A stretch of DNA of 64,000 nt, taken from assembly GCF_009834535.1 (NCBI RefSeq), contig NC_045697.1, positions 44,208,001-44,272,000 on the forward strand. Direction: 5' to 3'. Shown in pieces: positions 1 through 12,398 of the stretch (within the stretch, counting starts at the first letter, position 1; every line of letters starts with the position of its first letter). The notes under the pieces are model-generated. The model was not told the DNA's origin, ran no database searches, and worked only from the letters and a program-made list of their open reading frames with translations. A program made the position numbers and the translations under genes. The DNA is from Camelus ferus (Eukaryota).

Positions 1-952
1 TGGGTGTCAATCTGCCCCCTTCTCCCGGGCTCAGCCTGGTGGTAGTCAGGGCCTATTTAACAGAAAATGGTAATTTTGCACCTCTCTGCCCACAGGATCT
101 GCCATTGCTTTATCAAAAAGCTGCCCCCCACTCCCCCTGGTTATTTCTCACTGCTCCTTTTCTCCATCCTTCTCACATTTTACCCCATCACTTGCTTCTG
201 GTCTGTAACCCCCTAGGTCTGTTAAACCAGTGGGAAAGATGTACTCGTACATAATTCTGGAGTTTTGTAGGTTGGATCCAGGGTCAGCTTTGTGTATAAC
301 CAGGAAGTTGCCAACAGTGAGAAGTGATTTTGGGGACACAGGCCTTACATGGCCATCAAATTACCTTCCTCAGCTGTCCTAGCAATTGGGGCAGGGGTTC
401 CTGGCTGGGGCTGGATACTTGAGGGTTTCATAAGCCCCTGAAATAGGTTTTGTATTTGTTAGCATTTTTCTTGATTGGATTCTCAGCAGAGCCTGTGACT
501 TTAAAAAGGTTAAGTGCTGCTGGGCCGGAGTGAGCCTCATTAAACATGCCAGCATGTCCTAAAAGGATGAACAGTAAACGAGTGTTCATTTACGTACTCT
601 CGTCCATTATCCCTGTCTTGTATCTGTAGTCAGTATGATCGCTTTCATGCTTTATTTAATAGATAGGCTAATTAAGCTTTGATAGGCTGAAGGAAAGGCC
701 TGGGAGCTTCTGGGTTCAATGGGTCTGTGTGGGGTAGGTCTCCATGGAGCCCCTCAGATGAGGGACCCATTTGGATTGTGGGACAACCCAAAGACAAAAA
801 ACAAAGGGTGTTTTTCACCATTTTACTTAGTTCACAATTTTGCTGTGGTCTTGTCACTAGGGAAGCAGTGATGACTCCTCCAAGGGCCTTTCCCTGCCTC
901 TACTTAGCTCTGCTTGTTAGAAGCACTCCGAGGATAAGAATCTAAGGAGGTA

Positions 953-1472
953 GTGCATTTCTTTTCTCTTGTTGCTGCAACAGATTATCACAAAGTTAGT
1001 GATTTACAGCAAAACAAATGTATAATCTTACCGTTCTATACATTAGAGGTCCACATAGGTCTCAGTAGGCTAAAATCAAGGTGGCAACAGGGCTACATTC
1101 CTTTCTGGAGGCTCCGGGGGAGAATCCATTCTCTTGCCTTTTCTGGCTTCTGGAGGCTGCCTGCGTTTCTTGGCTCGTGGCCCCTTTCTCTGTCTTCAAA
1201 GCCAGGCTCTATCCTCCACCTAGTGGGTCAAGTGCTTCTCACATAGCGTCCCTCTGACCTCATTTTCTACTTCTCTTCCACTTTTAAGGACCCTTGTGAT
1301 TCTATTGGGCCCACTTGGATAATTCAGGATAATCTATTCTTGAAAGACAGCTGATTAACAACCTTAATTCCACCTGTAACCTTACTTCCCCTTTGCCATG
1401 TAATGAAACATACTCACAGGTACCAGGGACTAGGATGTGGACATCTTTGGGAGGCCGTTATTCTGCCTACCA
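953..1472 (-). mobile_element. ERVL-MaLR solo LTR (MLT1D-like)
   Basis: MLT1 hallmarks 'aaaatcaaggtggcaacagggctacattcctttctggaggctcc', 'aaggacccttgtgattctattgggccc' and terminus 'ggatgtggacatctttgggaggccgttattctgcctacca'. Confidence 0.8.
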
Positions 1473-2307
1473 GCCCCAGATACACAAGAAAACTAATCTG
1501 CATTCCTCCCTTTGGTTATTATAGGTACCACCTAGATAGAAAACTCAGTTGTGTATAACCTTCCTTCAAGGAGAGCTCATCCTTGTGAGAGATGTATCAA
1601 AGGGTCATGATGTCTCCAGCTCTCTGACCCTGTCCTCCTCTCCCTTGGGCAGAGGGAGCAGATGAGGTCTGCCCATCTCCCGGGCTACGGCTTGCTAGGA
1701 ATAGCCCTGGAGCTGTAGCCCTCCTAGGAACCTGCCAAAGGACGTCTGCTGATGCCAGCGTTGGCCCACCTACCTCTGGCTAGTCCCTGGGGTGACATAT
1801 GTTAGCAAAAATTGACTGGAGGCAGCGTGGGGTCTTGAAACCATCAGATAGGCAGTTCATTGGAGAGATTCCTGGCATTTAGAGGAGAGATTCTTGGCCT
1901 GTTTGGAATATCCTTTGTGATTGTGTGCAGTGTGTGAGCAGGGATGAGAGGACAACTGTAATAATAGCCACAGAAACAGGTGCAAATTTATACAAGAAAA
2001 TGAAGAGAAAATGGTCGTTCGACTTGTGAGTCACATAAAAATGGCAGCAAGACCTTGGGGGTAGGGTCTTGAGGGGGAAAAAGGGGCTCAAGGGGGCAGC
2101 TTTTGAGCGGGGAGGGGCTTTGTCTTGGTGAGGAGATGGTGACTAATTGCTTGGCTTTGGGGCTTTTGTTGGTTTGGTTTTGGCTTCAAACGCAGGCTGG
2201 GAAGGCATCACTTACTGTGACTGTGTGGGGCCCTGGCCTGCTTGGAATCACTGAGACTGGCAGGCAGGGAAGGTTGGGAGAAGGTGAGCAAGAAACTTTC
2301 CCAGAAG

Positions 2308-2462
2308 CAGGACCAGCTACCTAATTTCCAAGGCTCAGTGTAAAATGAAAAAACAGGACCCTTGTTCAGTGATTATTAGGACTTTCTGACTGGTGATGGC
2401 AGAGTATTTAACCAAGCATGAGGCCTTGTGTTCTCATGTTGGTCACACAACCATGAGGCATG
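2308..2462 (-). mobile_element. hAT-Tip100 DNA transposon (MER45A-like)
   Basis: 'caggaccagctacctaattt...cagtgtaaaatgaaaa...ggacccttgttca...gcagagtatttaaccaagc' resembles the reverse complement of the recalled MER45A consensus. Confidence 0.65.
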
Positions 2463-3341
2463 AAGGGGCCACCACCCAGGGTAACGTTCCTTGTGTGTGT
2501 CCTTGGCACCCTCTCCTGCCACAATTGATGTTCTAATCCTGTTTCCCAAGGAATTGCCAGGACCATGGGCCTTGGCCCTGAGGAATTACTTTCTTATCAT
2601 GGAACTTGTCTTGATTGCACTAGATATTTGATGCTACTTCACAGGTACTTGGAGGCAGGAAGAGAGGTGTGAGGAAGAGAAACCTGGGACTCTCAGAGCC
2701 TTCCCTTCTGGTGATGTGACCTCAGATAAGCAACTTAGATTCTTCCCATCACAGTTCTTCACCTACAGTGTTACTGACTCCAAAGTGACAAAGTGAGGCT
2801 CATTGGTTAAGGTGATCTGAGAGGGAGCCAGGACTGTGCCCTGGCATGTAGCAGTTCAAAGGAGGACCCTCCAGCCCCCCACCCATCCAGCCAGTCTCTG
2901 GCCAGGGCTAGTGGTCACAGAGTCTGCAGAAGAGCATGGGCACAGATGCTGAGGACAAACCCACTCAGCCTGGCTGACCTGTCGTCTTGCCCCGCCACTT
3001 TCCTTTATCTGCCCTCAGCACACACATACCCACACCTACACCCATGGAGACACTTTCCTCTGCCGGACCTGGGAGCCACTGAGCCTAGTGACCCGAGCCT
3101 CCACAGAATCAACCTGCCAGAGTCCATCCCTTGGGGCAGCTCCCAGCCTGAAGCTGGAAGGAAAGAGACAATTGTAGCCCAGTGAATTGCCAGAGGGCCA
3201 CACACTCATCCTAACCAGTGCTTGGCACCTCTTTCCCAGCAGTCCGTTCCCCGGCACGGCTGGCAAGAGGCAGAAGCAATGGCTGGATGTTTCATCTTGG
3301 CTGCCCACCTAGCTAGCCCTGGCGGAGCCCGAGGTGCTAGC

Positions 3342-3420
3342 TGTGTGTGTGTGGGTGTGTGGGTGTGTGGGTGTGTGTGTGTGTGGGTGTTGCGGGGTGG
3401 TGGTGGGGGAGGAGGGCGGC
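3342..3420. repeat. Interrupted (GT)n/(GGGTGT)n microsatellite with G-rich tail
   Basis: tgtgtgtgtgtgggtgtgtgggtgtgtgggtgtgtgtgtgtgtgggtg...ggggtggtggtgggggaggagggcgg read directly. Confidence 0.9.
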
Positions 3421-3597
3421 CCAGGGTCCGAACTCCTTGGCCTAGAGAATCTGGAATGTGACAGAGGAAATATCCTGCTGCTGCTGCAGAGAGCTGGCCA
3501 TGGAGAGACCAGGGCCGCCAGGGGTGGTAGGGCACCTCTAACGCTTTGCTGATGGTGGAATGGCAAATGCCTCTCTTTTCAAAGCTGATAGCCCTGC

Positions 3598-3700
3598 TGT
3601 TTGTTTGTTTGTTTGTTTGAGGCACTGAGGATTGAACCCAGGACCTCGTGCATGCTAAGCATGTGCTTTACCACTGAGCTATGTATACCTCGCCTCCCCC
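3598..3700 (-). mobile_element. tRNA-Ala-derived SINE (camelid Vic-1-like) with (AAAC)n tail
   Basis: Reverse complement reads TAGCTCAGTGGTAAAGCACATGCTTAGCATGCACGAGGTCCTGGGTTCAATCC (A and B boxes), followed by a (CAAA)n tail. Confidence 0.88.
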
Positions 3701-4368
3701 TAGTCTGCATAGCCCCACTTTTAACTGGAATCCTGGGAGGACAGAGTGGGTGGAGAAGTGAGCAGGGTGGGAGAGACGCAGAATAGGAAGACTCTGAGTT
3801 AACAGTTTCATCAGGCAACATGCTCCTTTTACCAACTGGGGGAAGCAGAGAGTGGAGGGGGAGCCCGAGAGCTGGGGCTACTCTTTCTTTCTGAAGAATT
3901 TCATTTTCCATCTTGTAAGTTAAGTAATACTTGTTCATTGTAGACAGCCTAGAAAATACAAGCATGCAAAAGAAAAAATATCACTTGTAGCCCCCTCTCT
4001 ATGTAGAGATGCCTATTGTTACCATTTTGGGCTGTATCCTTCTAGACTTTTTTCTCTGTGCGTAACTGTAGTCTCACTTTCTGCAGTTCTACTACACTCC
4101 TGTTTTGTTGCCAGCTTTGGTCACTTGTTGACGCATCATAGATGTATTTCATGCCTGGAAAGATGTGGATCGTGGATTCTTTAATAGCAGTGGAGTATTG
4201 CAGAGTTTGGAGGGACTTAACCCCCTGTTGTTGGAAACTTAAGTGGTTCTCTTCTTGCAGTGGCTGCTCTTATCAGCAGTGCCCCATTCTAGTAGCTTCA
4301 TCTTCACGCACGTCCTTACCTGTTTCTGCGAAGACATTTCTAGATGTGTTTCCATAGGACACATTTCT

Positions 4369-4606
4369 TTTTAAAATTATTTATTTATTTAATTGATGCG
4401 TAGTTGGTTTACGATATTGTGTTAGTTTCAGGTGTACAGCAAAGTGATTCCGTTATATGTGTATTTTTGAGATTCTTTTCCATTATAGTTATTACAAGAT
4501 ATTGAATATAGTTCCCTGTGCTATACAGTAAGTCTTTGTTGCTTATTTAGTTCATGTAAAATAGTTGGTGTCTGTTAATCCCATATTTCTAATTTATCCT
4601 TCCCCC
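4369..4606 (-). mobile_element. 5'-truncated lineage-specific L1 3' end with TSD
   Basis: Artiodactyl-type L1 3'UTR ('gtttcaggtgtacagcaaagtgattc...ttacaagatattgaatatagttccctgtgctatacagta'). TSD ttccataggaCAcatttct (4350-4368) / ttccataggaTGcatttct (4607-4625). Confidence 0.9.
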
Positions 4607-4649
4607 TTCCATAGGATGCATTTCTATGTGCATTTTTAAGGCTTTAGAC

Positions 4650-4854
4650 CAGTGGTTCTCAGCCAGGGGTGACACTCCCTGGCAAGGAGCATTTGGCAAC
4701 GTCTGGAGACATTTTTGGATGTCACAGCTGGAGGGGAGGTTGCTACTAGTATCGAGTGGATGGAAACCAGAGTACTACCAAACATTCTACAATTACAGGA
4801 CAGCCCCCTTATCAAGTCCGAAACATTAATTAACACCAAAGCTGAGAAACTCTG
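4650..4854 (+). mobile_element. hAT-Charlie MITE (MER20-like)
   Basis: Termini cagtggttctc...gagaaactctg, internal 'catttggcaacgtctggagacatttttgg'. Degenerate 8-bp TSD ctttagac/ctttgaac. Confidence 0.85.
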
Positions 4855-4879
4855 CTTTGAACACAGTGATTTTTCCCAC

Positions 4880-5400
4880 TAGCTTTATTGAGATAGAATT
4901 GACACATAACATTGTATAAGTTTAAGGTTTTAAACGTGTTGATTGGATCCATTTATATCTTGCAAAATGATCACCACCACAGCATTAGCTAACACTTCCA
5001 TCCTGTCACATAGTTAGCATTTCTTTTTTGTGGTGAGAACTTTTAAGAGCTACTCTCTTGGCAACTTTCGAGTATATAATACAGTATTATTAGCATAATC
5101 ACCATACTGTGCATGAGGTCCCCAGAACTTGCTAATCTTATAACAAGATTATATGTAACCCTTTGACCAACATCTTCCCATCTACCCTACCACCAAACCC
5201 TGGTAACCACCACACTCTCTGTTTCTCTGATTTTGAGTTTTTTAGATTCCACATATATGTGAGGTCGGACACTATTTGTCTTTCTCTTTCTTATTTCACT
5301 TAGTGTGATGCCCTCGGTGTTCATCCAAGTTGTCGCAAACAACAGGATTTCCTTCTTTCTCATGGCTGGGTAATATTCCATCACACACACATGTGGATAT
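4880..5400 (-). mobile_element. Older L1 (L1MA-type) 3' end
   Basis: 'agctttattgagatagaattgacac...ggtgagaacttttaagagctactctcttggcaacttt...ttagattccacatatatgtgag...tttcacttagtgtgatg'. Confidence 0.85.
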
Positions 5401-6064
5401 TTTTATTCTTGGTAATATTTGTGGTGCCAGAACTTCCAAGCTTCTGAGAAACACAAGGTCAAGGTTTTCAGTTTAATTGGCGCTCAATCCAAACCAGCCC
5501 AATCCCATCCTGTCTTCCCTTTGCAAAAGGATTTGAGTGCTCATGCTGTTTTGGAATAGGGAAGTGACTCATGCAAACCACTTGGAGCCTGCCATTGCAT
5601 CCAGGAGAGAAAGAAGGGCAGGATGCCCTGGGAGGAGATGCAGAAGAGAGAGAGAGGCAGAGAGAGAAGGAATGGGGAAGGGGGTGGTGCAGCTTGGACA
5701 ATGCCATCCTTGTTGCGATGAAAAGAGGATTGTATGTATTCTTTAGGGACCTGAAGGCCAGTTCCGGGCGCTGGGGACCCGGGCAGGGAGAACGCATGCC
5801 ACTGCAGAGTGCGGGAGGAGGGAGCAGATCAGAAAGCCTCTATTGTCTCCCCTGAAGCTGGCATAGGAGTGCAAAGTCCGGTGTCCTGGGATGCTGGCCA
5901 GGGCCCACCCATCGGGAAGGGAAAATATCACTGCGGACCACACTGTATGTCCCAATGCTGTGAGACCTGAGATGTTATCCAAGCTATAAAATCTTCTTCT
6001 CACGCAAACCTGTGACACTCATTGAAACCAGCTACTTCATTTATTCATCTCTGGAATATGTTAC

Positions 6065-6312
6065 AATCATCCATTCATAACACAAATATTTTCTGAGCAC
6101 CTACTGAATGCCAGGCATCCGTGAGAGGCAGTGAATGAAATAGACACAGCCCCTGTCCTCCTGGAGCATAGAACCTCCCAACAGTTGTCAGGCAGTGTAA
6201 GTGCTTTGAAGAGGAATGTATAGGCTACTGTGGAGCCCAGGGTGGGAGCACCCCATCTAATGGGGACGTGGGGGTACATGGAGCGGGGCTGGTGTCAGGG
6301 AAGCTTCTCATC
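6065..6312 (-). mobile_element. L2 LINE 3' fragment
   Basis: 'atcatccattcataacacaaatattttctgagcacctactgaatgccaggca...gacacagcccctgtcctcctggagc' is a typical L2 3' end in reverse. Confidence 0.7.
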
Positions 6313-6324
6313 AGAAGTGGTGTC

Positions 6325-6533
6325 TTGGTAGATACAGAGGACGGAGCAGTGGTCACCAGAGGGAAGGGATGGAGCGGGGGAGGGTGAGATGTGTAAAGGG
6401 GGTTAACTGTGATGATGGATGGAAGCACTTTGGGCGGTAAGCACGCTGTAGTGTGGTTGTAACACATGAAACTTACACAGTGTTATAAACCAGTGCTACC
6501 TCAATAAAAAAACAAATGTAAAAAAAATTACAA
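6325..6533 (+). mobile_element. Truncated L1 3' end inserted into L2, with TSD
   Basis: L1 3'UTR ending 'tcaataaaaaaacaaatgtaaaaaaaa'. TSD agaagtggtgtc (6313-6324) / agaagtgatgtc (6534-6545). Confidence 0.8.
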
Positions 6534-6718
6534 AGAAGTGATGTCCAAGCCAAGAACTGAAAGACCAAATGGAGTTGGCCATAAGCAGAGGAATGTAGAC
6601 TTTTCTCTGGAAGGCTTTGAAAGTACAAAATGTTCTGGTCTCCCAAAGGCCATTTCCATGCGGTCCCCCACGAAGAAGTGCAATTGGACTAAATATGCTT
6701 TTAAAAATCAAGGTCCTT

Positions 6719-6772
6719 TTTTTAAAAAAAATTATTCTTTATTGAAGTATAGTTGATTTACAATGTTGTGTT
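6719..6772 (-). mobile_element. Extremely truncated (54 bp) L1 3' tail with perfect TSD
   Basis: 'tttattgaagtatagttgatttacaatgttgtgtt' flanked by atcaaggtcctt at 6707-6718 and 6773-6784. Confidence 0.88.
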
Positions 6773-6854
6773 ATCAAGGTCCTTATTATTCATCTTTTTA
6801 TCATTGTGAATATTTCCATCATGTAGAAAAGGGAATGGAATAACATGGCAAACA

Positions 6855-7170
6855 CCTTCACTGCCCCCACCCTGGTCCAAGTCACCCTGAATGATTCTCC
6901 ACCTGTAGCATCTCCCAGTTGCTGCCCTTGCCCCCTAGTCCAATCTCAACACAGCATCCAGCGTGGTCCTGTCAACATGGAGCTCTCACAGGCCTCTCTT
7001 CTGCTCAAAACCCTCCTGTGGCTCCCATCTTGCTCAGTCTGAGTGCCAGTCCTGCCTGAGGCCCCGCCTGCCCTGTCACCGCTCTGAGCTCATTTCTGCT
7101 CTGTTCCCCTGGGCCTCCTTGCCCTTTCACAAGCACAGCAGGCCGGTCCCTTGAGAGGCTGTTCCCTCTG
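6855..7170 (+). mobile_element. L2 LINE fragment
   Basis: 'ccaccctggtccaagtcacc...ctcttctgctcaaaaccctcctgtggctcccatc' L2-like. Confidence 0.65.
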
Positions 7171-7504
7171 CCCTATGATCACTGTGGGTGGGTGAGATCT
7201 CTAAGAAATTCAGTAGTTTTCTCCCTATACCCTGGAAGTATAGTAAGAGCAGCTGAGGAGCTGTGAACACTGGTGGAGCAGGCTTTCAGCCACACCTCTT
7301 CAACCTTTGGTGCTGTCAGACAAATGGAGTTAGTGAGGAGAAAGGAGATAAGAACGAGAAAATAATGTGGAGAAAAATGACACCAATATTCTCTTTTATA
7401 TTTGGATGTGACAGGAAGTTGACAGTAAGGGTATAGATGAGGGAGGTAAACAAATGCATTTCAGTTAGGTATTTTTCTGAGCATAATTTTGGTTTTTGTA
7501 ACTA

Positions 7505-7750
7505 TTTTGATATAATTTAAAATATATAGAAAGTTTGCAAAAATAGTACAAGGGGCTCCTGTGTACCATTTACCCAGATTAATCAGATGTGTACATTTTG
7601 CCTCCCCTCCTCGTCTCTCCCATGACACATACGTATAAATACATATTTTTAAAAGCCGTTCAAGAGTAAGCTGGAGACGTTGGGCCCCTTTACCATTCAA
7701 TACTTCCATGCGTATTTTCTAAGAACAAGGATGTTCTCTTATGTAACCAT
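7505..7750 (-). mobile_element. Old L1 (L1MC/MD-type) 3' fragment
   Basis: 'tataatttaaaatatatagaaagtttgcaaaaatagtaca...ttttctaagaacaaggatgttctcttatgtaacca'. Confidence 0.7.
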
Positions 7751-9134
7751 TTATTTCTGGGCATTTTAAAATCACTTTTGCAGTATTTTCAAGTGACTTC
7801 CTACCACAGGATATCCTTTACCAAAAAAACGCACCAAAATGGGTTGAACTGCTGGACTTGTCCAGTCTTACCCAGCGGGATACTGAAACACAGGTTAAGG
7901 CTCACAGACTTTCTAAGTTCTATTGATTTTATTTCAGTCTGGGAAAAAAAAAATCTAATCCTCCATAAAGTCGTGAAACATTTATAGGCCTTGGAAAACA
8001 CTGCCTACTTGGCTAATCTCCTTTTCCCTTAATAGTCTGCTTCTATGCAATGGTATTTATTAATTTATTAACCATCACAATCCTATTAAGAGACAGTGTT
8101 GGAGCTGGAAGGGGTTTTAGAGACTCTTCCAGCCCTACTTAACAGCGACGCACACAGGGGAACAGGAAGACGTTGCCCTGACAGTCTCAGGGCAGTGCTT
8201 GGGACCAGAGGCCAAAGATCCTCACTCAAGACTCGGAAGGCCCTTCGGAGTCAGTCTAGTGAGTGAGGGGAGACCCCTGGGGCTCTTTGGAACCAACTGA
8301 GATCCAGATGGGAGTGGGGAGTGAGGAGAGCCAGACCCCAGCCTCCAGCCCCTGTCAGAGAGCCTGGCTTTCTCCTTTGTTTCATGTATTGAGCTTCTGC
8401 ATAAGATTTTCTGTGAAGAAAAGGCCATACGACTTAAAAAAAAATATGTCTAGTGAAATTTAAAGATAGACTCATTATAACCCAGCAAGTTGATATCAGA
8501 GCCAGGGTGAGGACCTGAGCCCTGCTCCATCCAGAGCATGTCCGGTTCCCCCTCCACCCCACACAGCCTCCACTCAGCAATCTTGCTTTACCTCTTCCTT
8601 TCAAAGGAAAAATCATTGCCTCGGGCAGCAAGGAGCAAAATATTTTTTAAAAGGATGTCATCTTATCCAAGGATGACTTCATTTCCCCAAAGCCCTCTCC
8701 ACTGTTCATTCCTCTTCCACATGTACTTTTCTGCTTACGCTGACCAAGACTCCCACGACATGCTTCTCGAGACAGGACATGAATCTCACTCCCCCAGAAT
8801 GTCAGAGTGTTTTCATAATCATCCATTTCATGGCAGAGAACTCATGTAGCTACTGCTCTGGTTTAGAATGCCCAAACCCCCATCCTTTGCAAGTCTTACC
8901 TTCACTTGTCATCAGCTAGCTGTATAAAGGACAACATCTTATTTTTTGTGACCTTCCTCTTCCCCATTATTGGTCAGGCTTTTCTTTTTTACCTCACAGA
9001 GAACATTATTCTTTATTTGAATTGTTATTATAGCTGTTTCAGGCCAGTGTTATGTTTCCTCCGTTAGGCAGTCGTGTTTCTGACTTCCCAGGCCACTTCC
9101 ATCTGCAGTGGGCTTCAGTGTCCATCAGACGGAG

Positions 9135-9315
9135 GCTCCTGGCTTTGCTGTGATTAACTAGCACTTGTCCTTGAGCAAGTCTTAAGTCTCCATTTTCTCA
9201 TCTGTAAATGGGGCTGATAATGATACTATTTAGTTTATTGTTGTATTATACTATAATTCATAAAAAGTACTTAGAAAAGTACGCAGTATGTAATGAGTGT
9301 TCACTAGTTATTATT
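9135..9315 (+). mobile_element. MIR SINE
   Basis: Core 'gtccttgagcaagtc...ttttctcatctgtaaatggggctgataatgatac...gtacttagaaaagt'. Confidence 0.7.
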
Positions 9316-9375
9316 TTTATATAGAGACGATTTTTGGTTAATTTCAGCGAAATAAATGAGCAAGGTCTGATATTT

Positions 9376-9593
9376 ATTTATTTATTCTGAAGTACCATCA
9401 GTTACAATGTGTCAGTTTCTTGTGTGCAGCACAATGTCCCAGTCATGCATATACATGTATTTGTTTTCATATTTTTTTCATTAAAGGTTATTACAAGATA
9501 TTGAGCATAGTTCCCTGTGCTATACAGCAGAAACTTTCTAAAAAATCTATTTTTATATATAGTGGCTAACACTTATAAATCTCAAACTCCCGA
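9376..9593 (-). mobile_element. Truncated lineage-specific L1 3' end with TSD
   Basis: L1 3'UTR. TSD aaggtctgatattt (9362-9375) / aaggtctaatcttt (9594-9607). Confidence 0.85.
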
Positions 9594-11021
9594 AAGGTCT
9601 AATCTTTAAAATCCAGGGCTTTTTTTTTTTCTTGTAAGATTAGCAATTGAATCATATGATGTACCTAGAATGATTTTTCCCTACAGAAAGTGAACCACGG
9701 GAGAACGTTTCTGAGGCACACGGTGAGTAACCTGTTGGAACCAGGGTTTCTCTGCAGCCACGCAGCATGTGGACTGACAGCTTGATCGTTGCTGCTAACA
9801 TATTCCTGGTAAATTCCATCGTTACCTGTGATGTGGGTTTTCAGAGTGATGTTCCCTTCCGTGGATCTTTAGTTTTTAGTACCTATCAAAGAATGAAGAG
9901 GAAAAGAAAATGAATGTACCGAAGGCTACTTTTCTCAGAAGAGGGAGAGAGAATTTTCATGCTGCAGAGCGAGGACTGGGAACCCAGGTGAAGCCTCGCC
10001 ATCTCCCTGAGTTGAGGATGTGGGGCTGGGAGTTCGGGGGGTGGGAGGAGGTGTGGCTGGAGTTCACAGGGAAAAGTACCAAAGAGAAGAGAGTTGCCCA
10101 GAGGGAGAGAGCTCCGGAGATGAACTGGGAGGGCTCTCCGAGCGTTCTAGCTGAGTTAGTGCATCCACGTGAGGAAAGGACCTCAGGTCAGAGAGAGCAC
10201 CACACAAAAGGAGCAGAGGGAACAACCCCCGGAGCTCACATAGGGCTGGGAGTACGTTGTGTTCCCACCAGCCACAGTGAGAGCCCACGCAATGTAACAT
10301 TGGGTGCAGTGCTGAGGGGGATATTGCCTCGTTAGTGGGGTATAATTAGCCCTAGACTAAAGGTTACTCTAGTCCCACCTAACAAAGCTGAAAAAGGAAG
10401 CCTTAGGTTTAGAGTTTCTGTTCCATAAGATGAAAAGAGTTCTGGAGATGGGTTGCACAACAGTGTGAATGTACTGAGCACTGCTCAACTGTTACTGAGA
10501 TGGTAATTGTTATGTTATGTGTATTTCACTATAGCTAAAAATAAAATAGCCCACACAAAAAAGGAGCCTCAAAAGGACTATTTCCAAGTAACGTAACCTC
10601 ATCCTAGAACAAAGCTCAAAAATATTTAGAGAAACACAGAAATGTCTAGCACCCACCAAGGCAGTAGTCAGAATGTACTTGGCGGGGCTAGGCTTTGAAC
10701 CCAGACCCCCTGACTCCAAAGCCCATACTCTGAACCCCAGGGAGGTGGCACCTCCACAGAAACAGGACATGTCCCAGTAGAGGGATGGGGAGACTGCACA
10801 CAGAGACTATGGAATGTCACAGGAAACACTGTGACCTGATGCTGGCTTTCTGTTGTTCTCCTTCCTATGCAGCTGGGGGACACTGAGGCCAGAGGGGCGA
10901 GTGATCTGCCCAGGGCATAGCTTTGGGGTTCAGAAAAGTATTACATCAAAAGTGTAAATATGTCAATAAGTATAAAGGAAGTTTTCTAATTCTAAAAAAT
11001 CTTTAAAAGATAGTGACTGTT

Positions 11022-11108
11022 GAGGGGCAGGGTGTAGCTCATTAGTAGAGCATGTGCTTAGCATGCATGAGGTCCTGGGTTCAATCCCCAGAACCTCCAT
11101 TAAAAAAA
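11022..11108 (+). mobile_element. tRNA-Ala-derived SINE (Vic-1-like)
   Basis: gggtgtagctcattagtagagcatgtgcttagcatgcatgaggtcctgggttcaatcccc plus poly-A. Degenerate TSD aaaagatagtgactgtt (11005-11021) / aaaggacagtgattatt (11109-11125). Confidence 0.9.
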
Positions 11109-11536
11109 AAAGGACAGTGATTATTTAAAGCAAAAATATTTAAAGCAAAATAACAATGTATTTTGGAGTTTCAAACATACATGTAAGTAAAATATATTAA
11201 AATAATTGCACAAAGACCAAGAAGAAGGAAATGAAATAGACTGTTGTAAGATTCTTACATGGTATGTGAAGTGGCATAATATTACTTGAAGGTAGATGAT
11301 GATAAGTTAAAGATACACGTGCACTATTAACCCTCAATCAATCACTAAAGAGAACAAAACAGTCAACACTATTAAACCAACAAAGGAGATAAAAACAGAA
11401 TCATGAAAAATTCTCAAGTAATTCAAAGAAGACAGAAAAAGATGAAAAAACAAAGAACAGTGAGACAAAAAGAAAATAAACAGCAAAATGGTTGATTTAA
11501 CTGACCATAGTGGCACCAAACATTAATGACCTAAAG

Positions 11537-11726
11537 CAGGCTGTCCAATAGAAACTGTCTGTGATGATCGACATGCTCTTTATCTGTCTTCTCTGATCCC
11601 TAGTCACACATGGTTATGGGGCACTGGAAGTGTGGCTTGTGAACCAGATTTTACCTTTCATTAAATTTTAATGAATTTAAATGAATAAAATAGCCACATG
11701 TGGCTATGACCTGTTGGCCAGCATAG
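11537..11726 (+). mobile_element. hAT-Charlie MITE (MER3/MER33-like)
   Basis: 'caggctgtccaatagaaact...tagccacatgtggcta...ttggccagcatag'. Confidence 0.75.
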
Positions 11727-12010
11727 TTATAAATACCCCAGTGAAAAGACAAAGATTGTTAGATTGGTTAAACAACGAGGCCCATCTATATGCTGGCAAA
11801 AGACGCTCTTCTTTAAATATAGAGACAAAAATAGAATAAAAGGGAGAGTATGGAAAAAATATATCATGCAAACATTAATCAATAAAGGCTGATATATTTA
11901 TATCAAAGTAGATATCAAGAGGACATAACTCCTCGGAAGACGAAAATTTTATTTAGTCATTCTTGTTATTACTTTGTTGCTAGTGGGGGTGGCTGAGGAA
12001 AGAAAGATAA

Positions 12011-12398
12011 TGTATTAGTTTGCTAGAGATTGCTGTAACAAAATACCACACACTGAGTGCCGTAAATGACAGAAGTTATTTTCTCTTATTTCTAGAGGCT
12101 AGACATCTAGGATCAAGGAGCCAGTGGGGTTAGTTTCTTCTGAGGCCTCTCCCCTGGGCTTGCAGACAGCCGCCCTCTTGCTGCCTTTTCACATGGTCAC
12201 CCCTCTGTGCACACGCACCCCTGTGTCCCTCTCACAAAGACACCAGTTGAATTAGATCAAGGCCCACCATAATGGCCCCATTTTAACTTAATCACCCCTT
12301 GAAGGCCCCATCTCCAAATGCAGTCATATTCTGAAGTAATAGTGGTTAGGGCCTCGACATATGAATTTTGGGGTGGAGGGCACAATATAGCCCATAAG
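12011..12398 (-). mobile_element. ERVL-MaLR solo LTR (MLT1A/B-like)
   Basis: Starts 'tgtattagtttgctag...gctgtaacaaaataccaca', contains 'ccccatctccaaatgcagtcatattctga...ggttagggc', ends 'agcccataaga'. Confidence 0.85.

Larger units (their letters stand above)
9890..11930 (+). mobile_element. Fragmented old L1M (5' region to ORF2 start) carrying nested insertions
   Basis: A-rich degraded L1-like sequence ('ccctagactaaaggttactctagtcccacctaacaaagc', 'aaaagacaaagattgttagattggtt...cccatctatatgctg...ctttaaatatagagaca'), interrupted by an L1MB-type 3' end (~10405-10555), a SINE and a MER3-like element. Confidence 0.65.
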
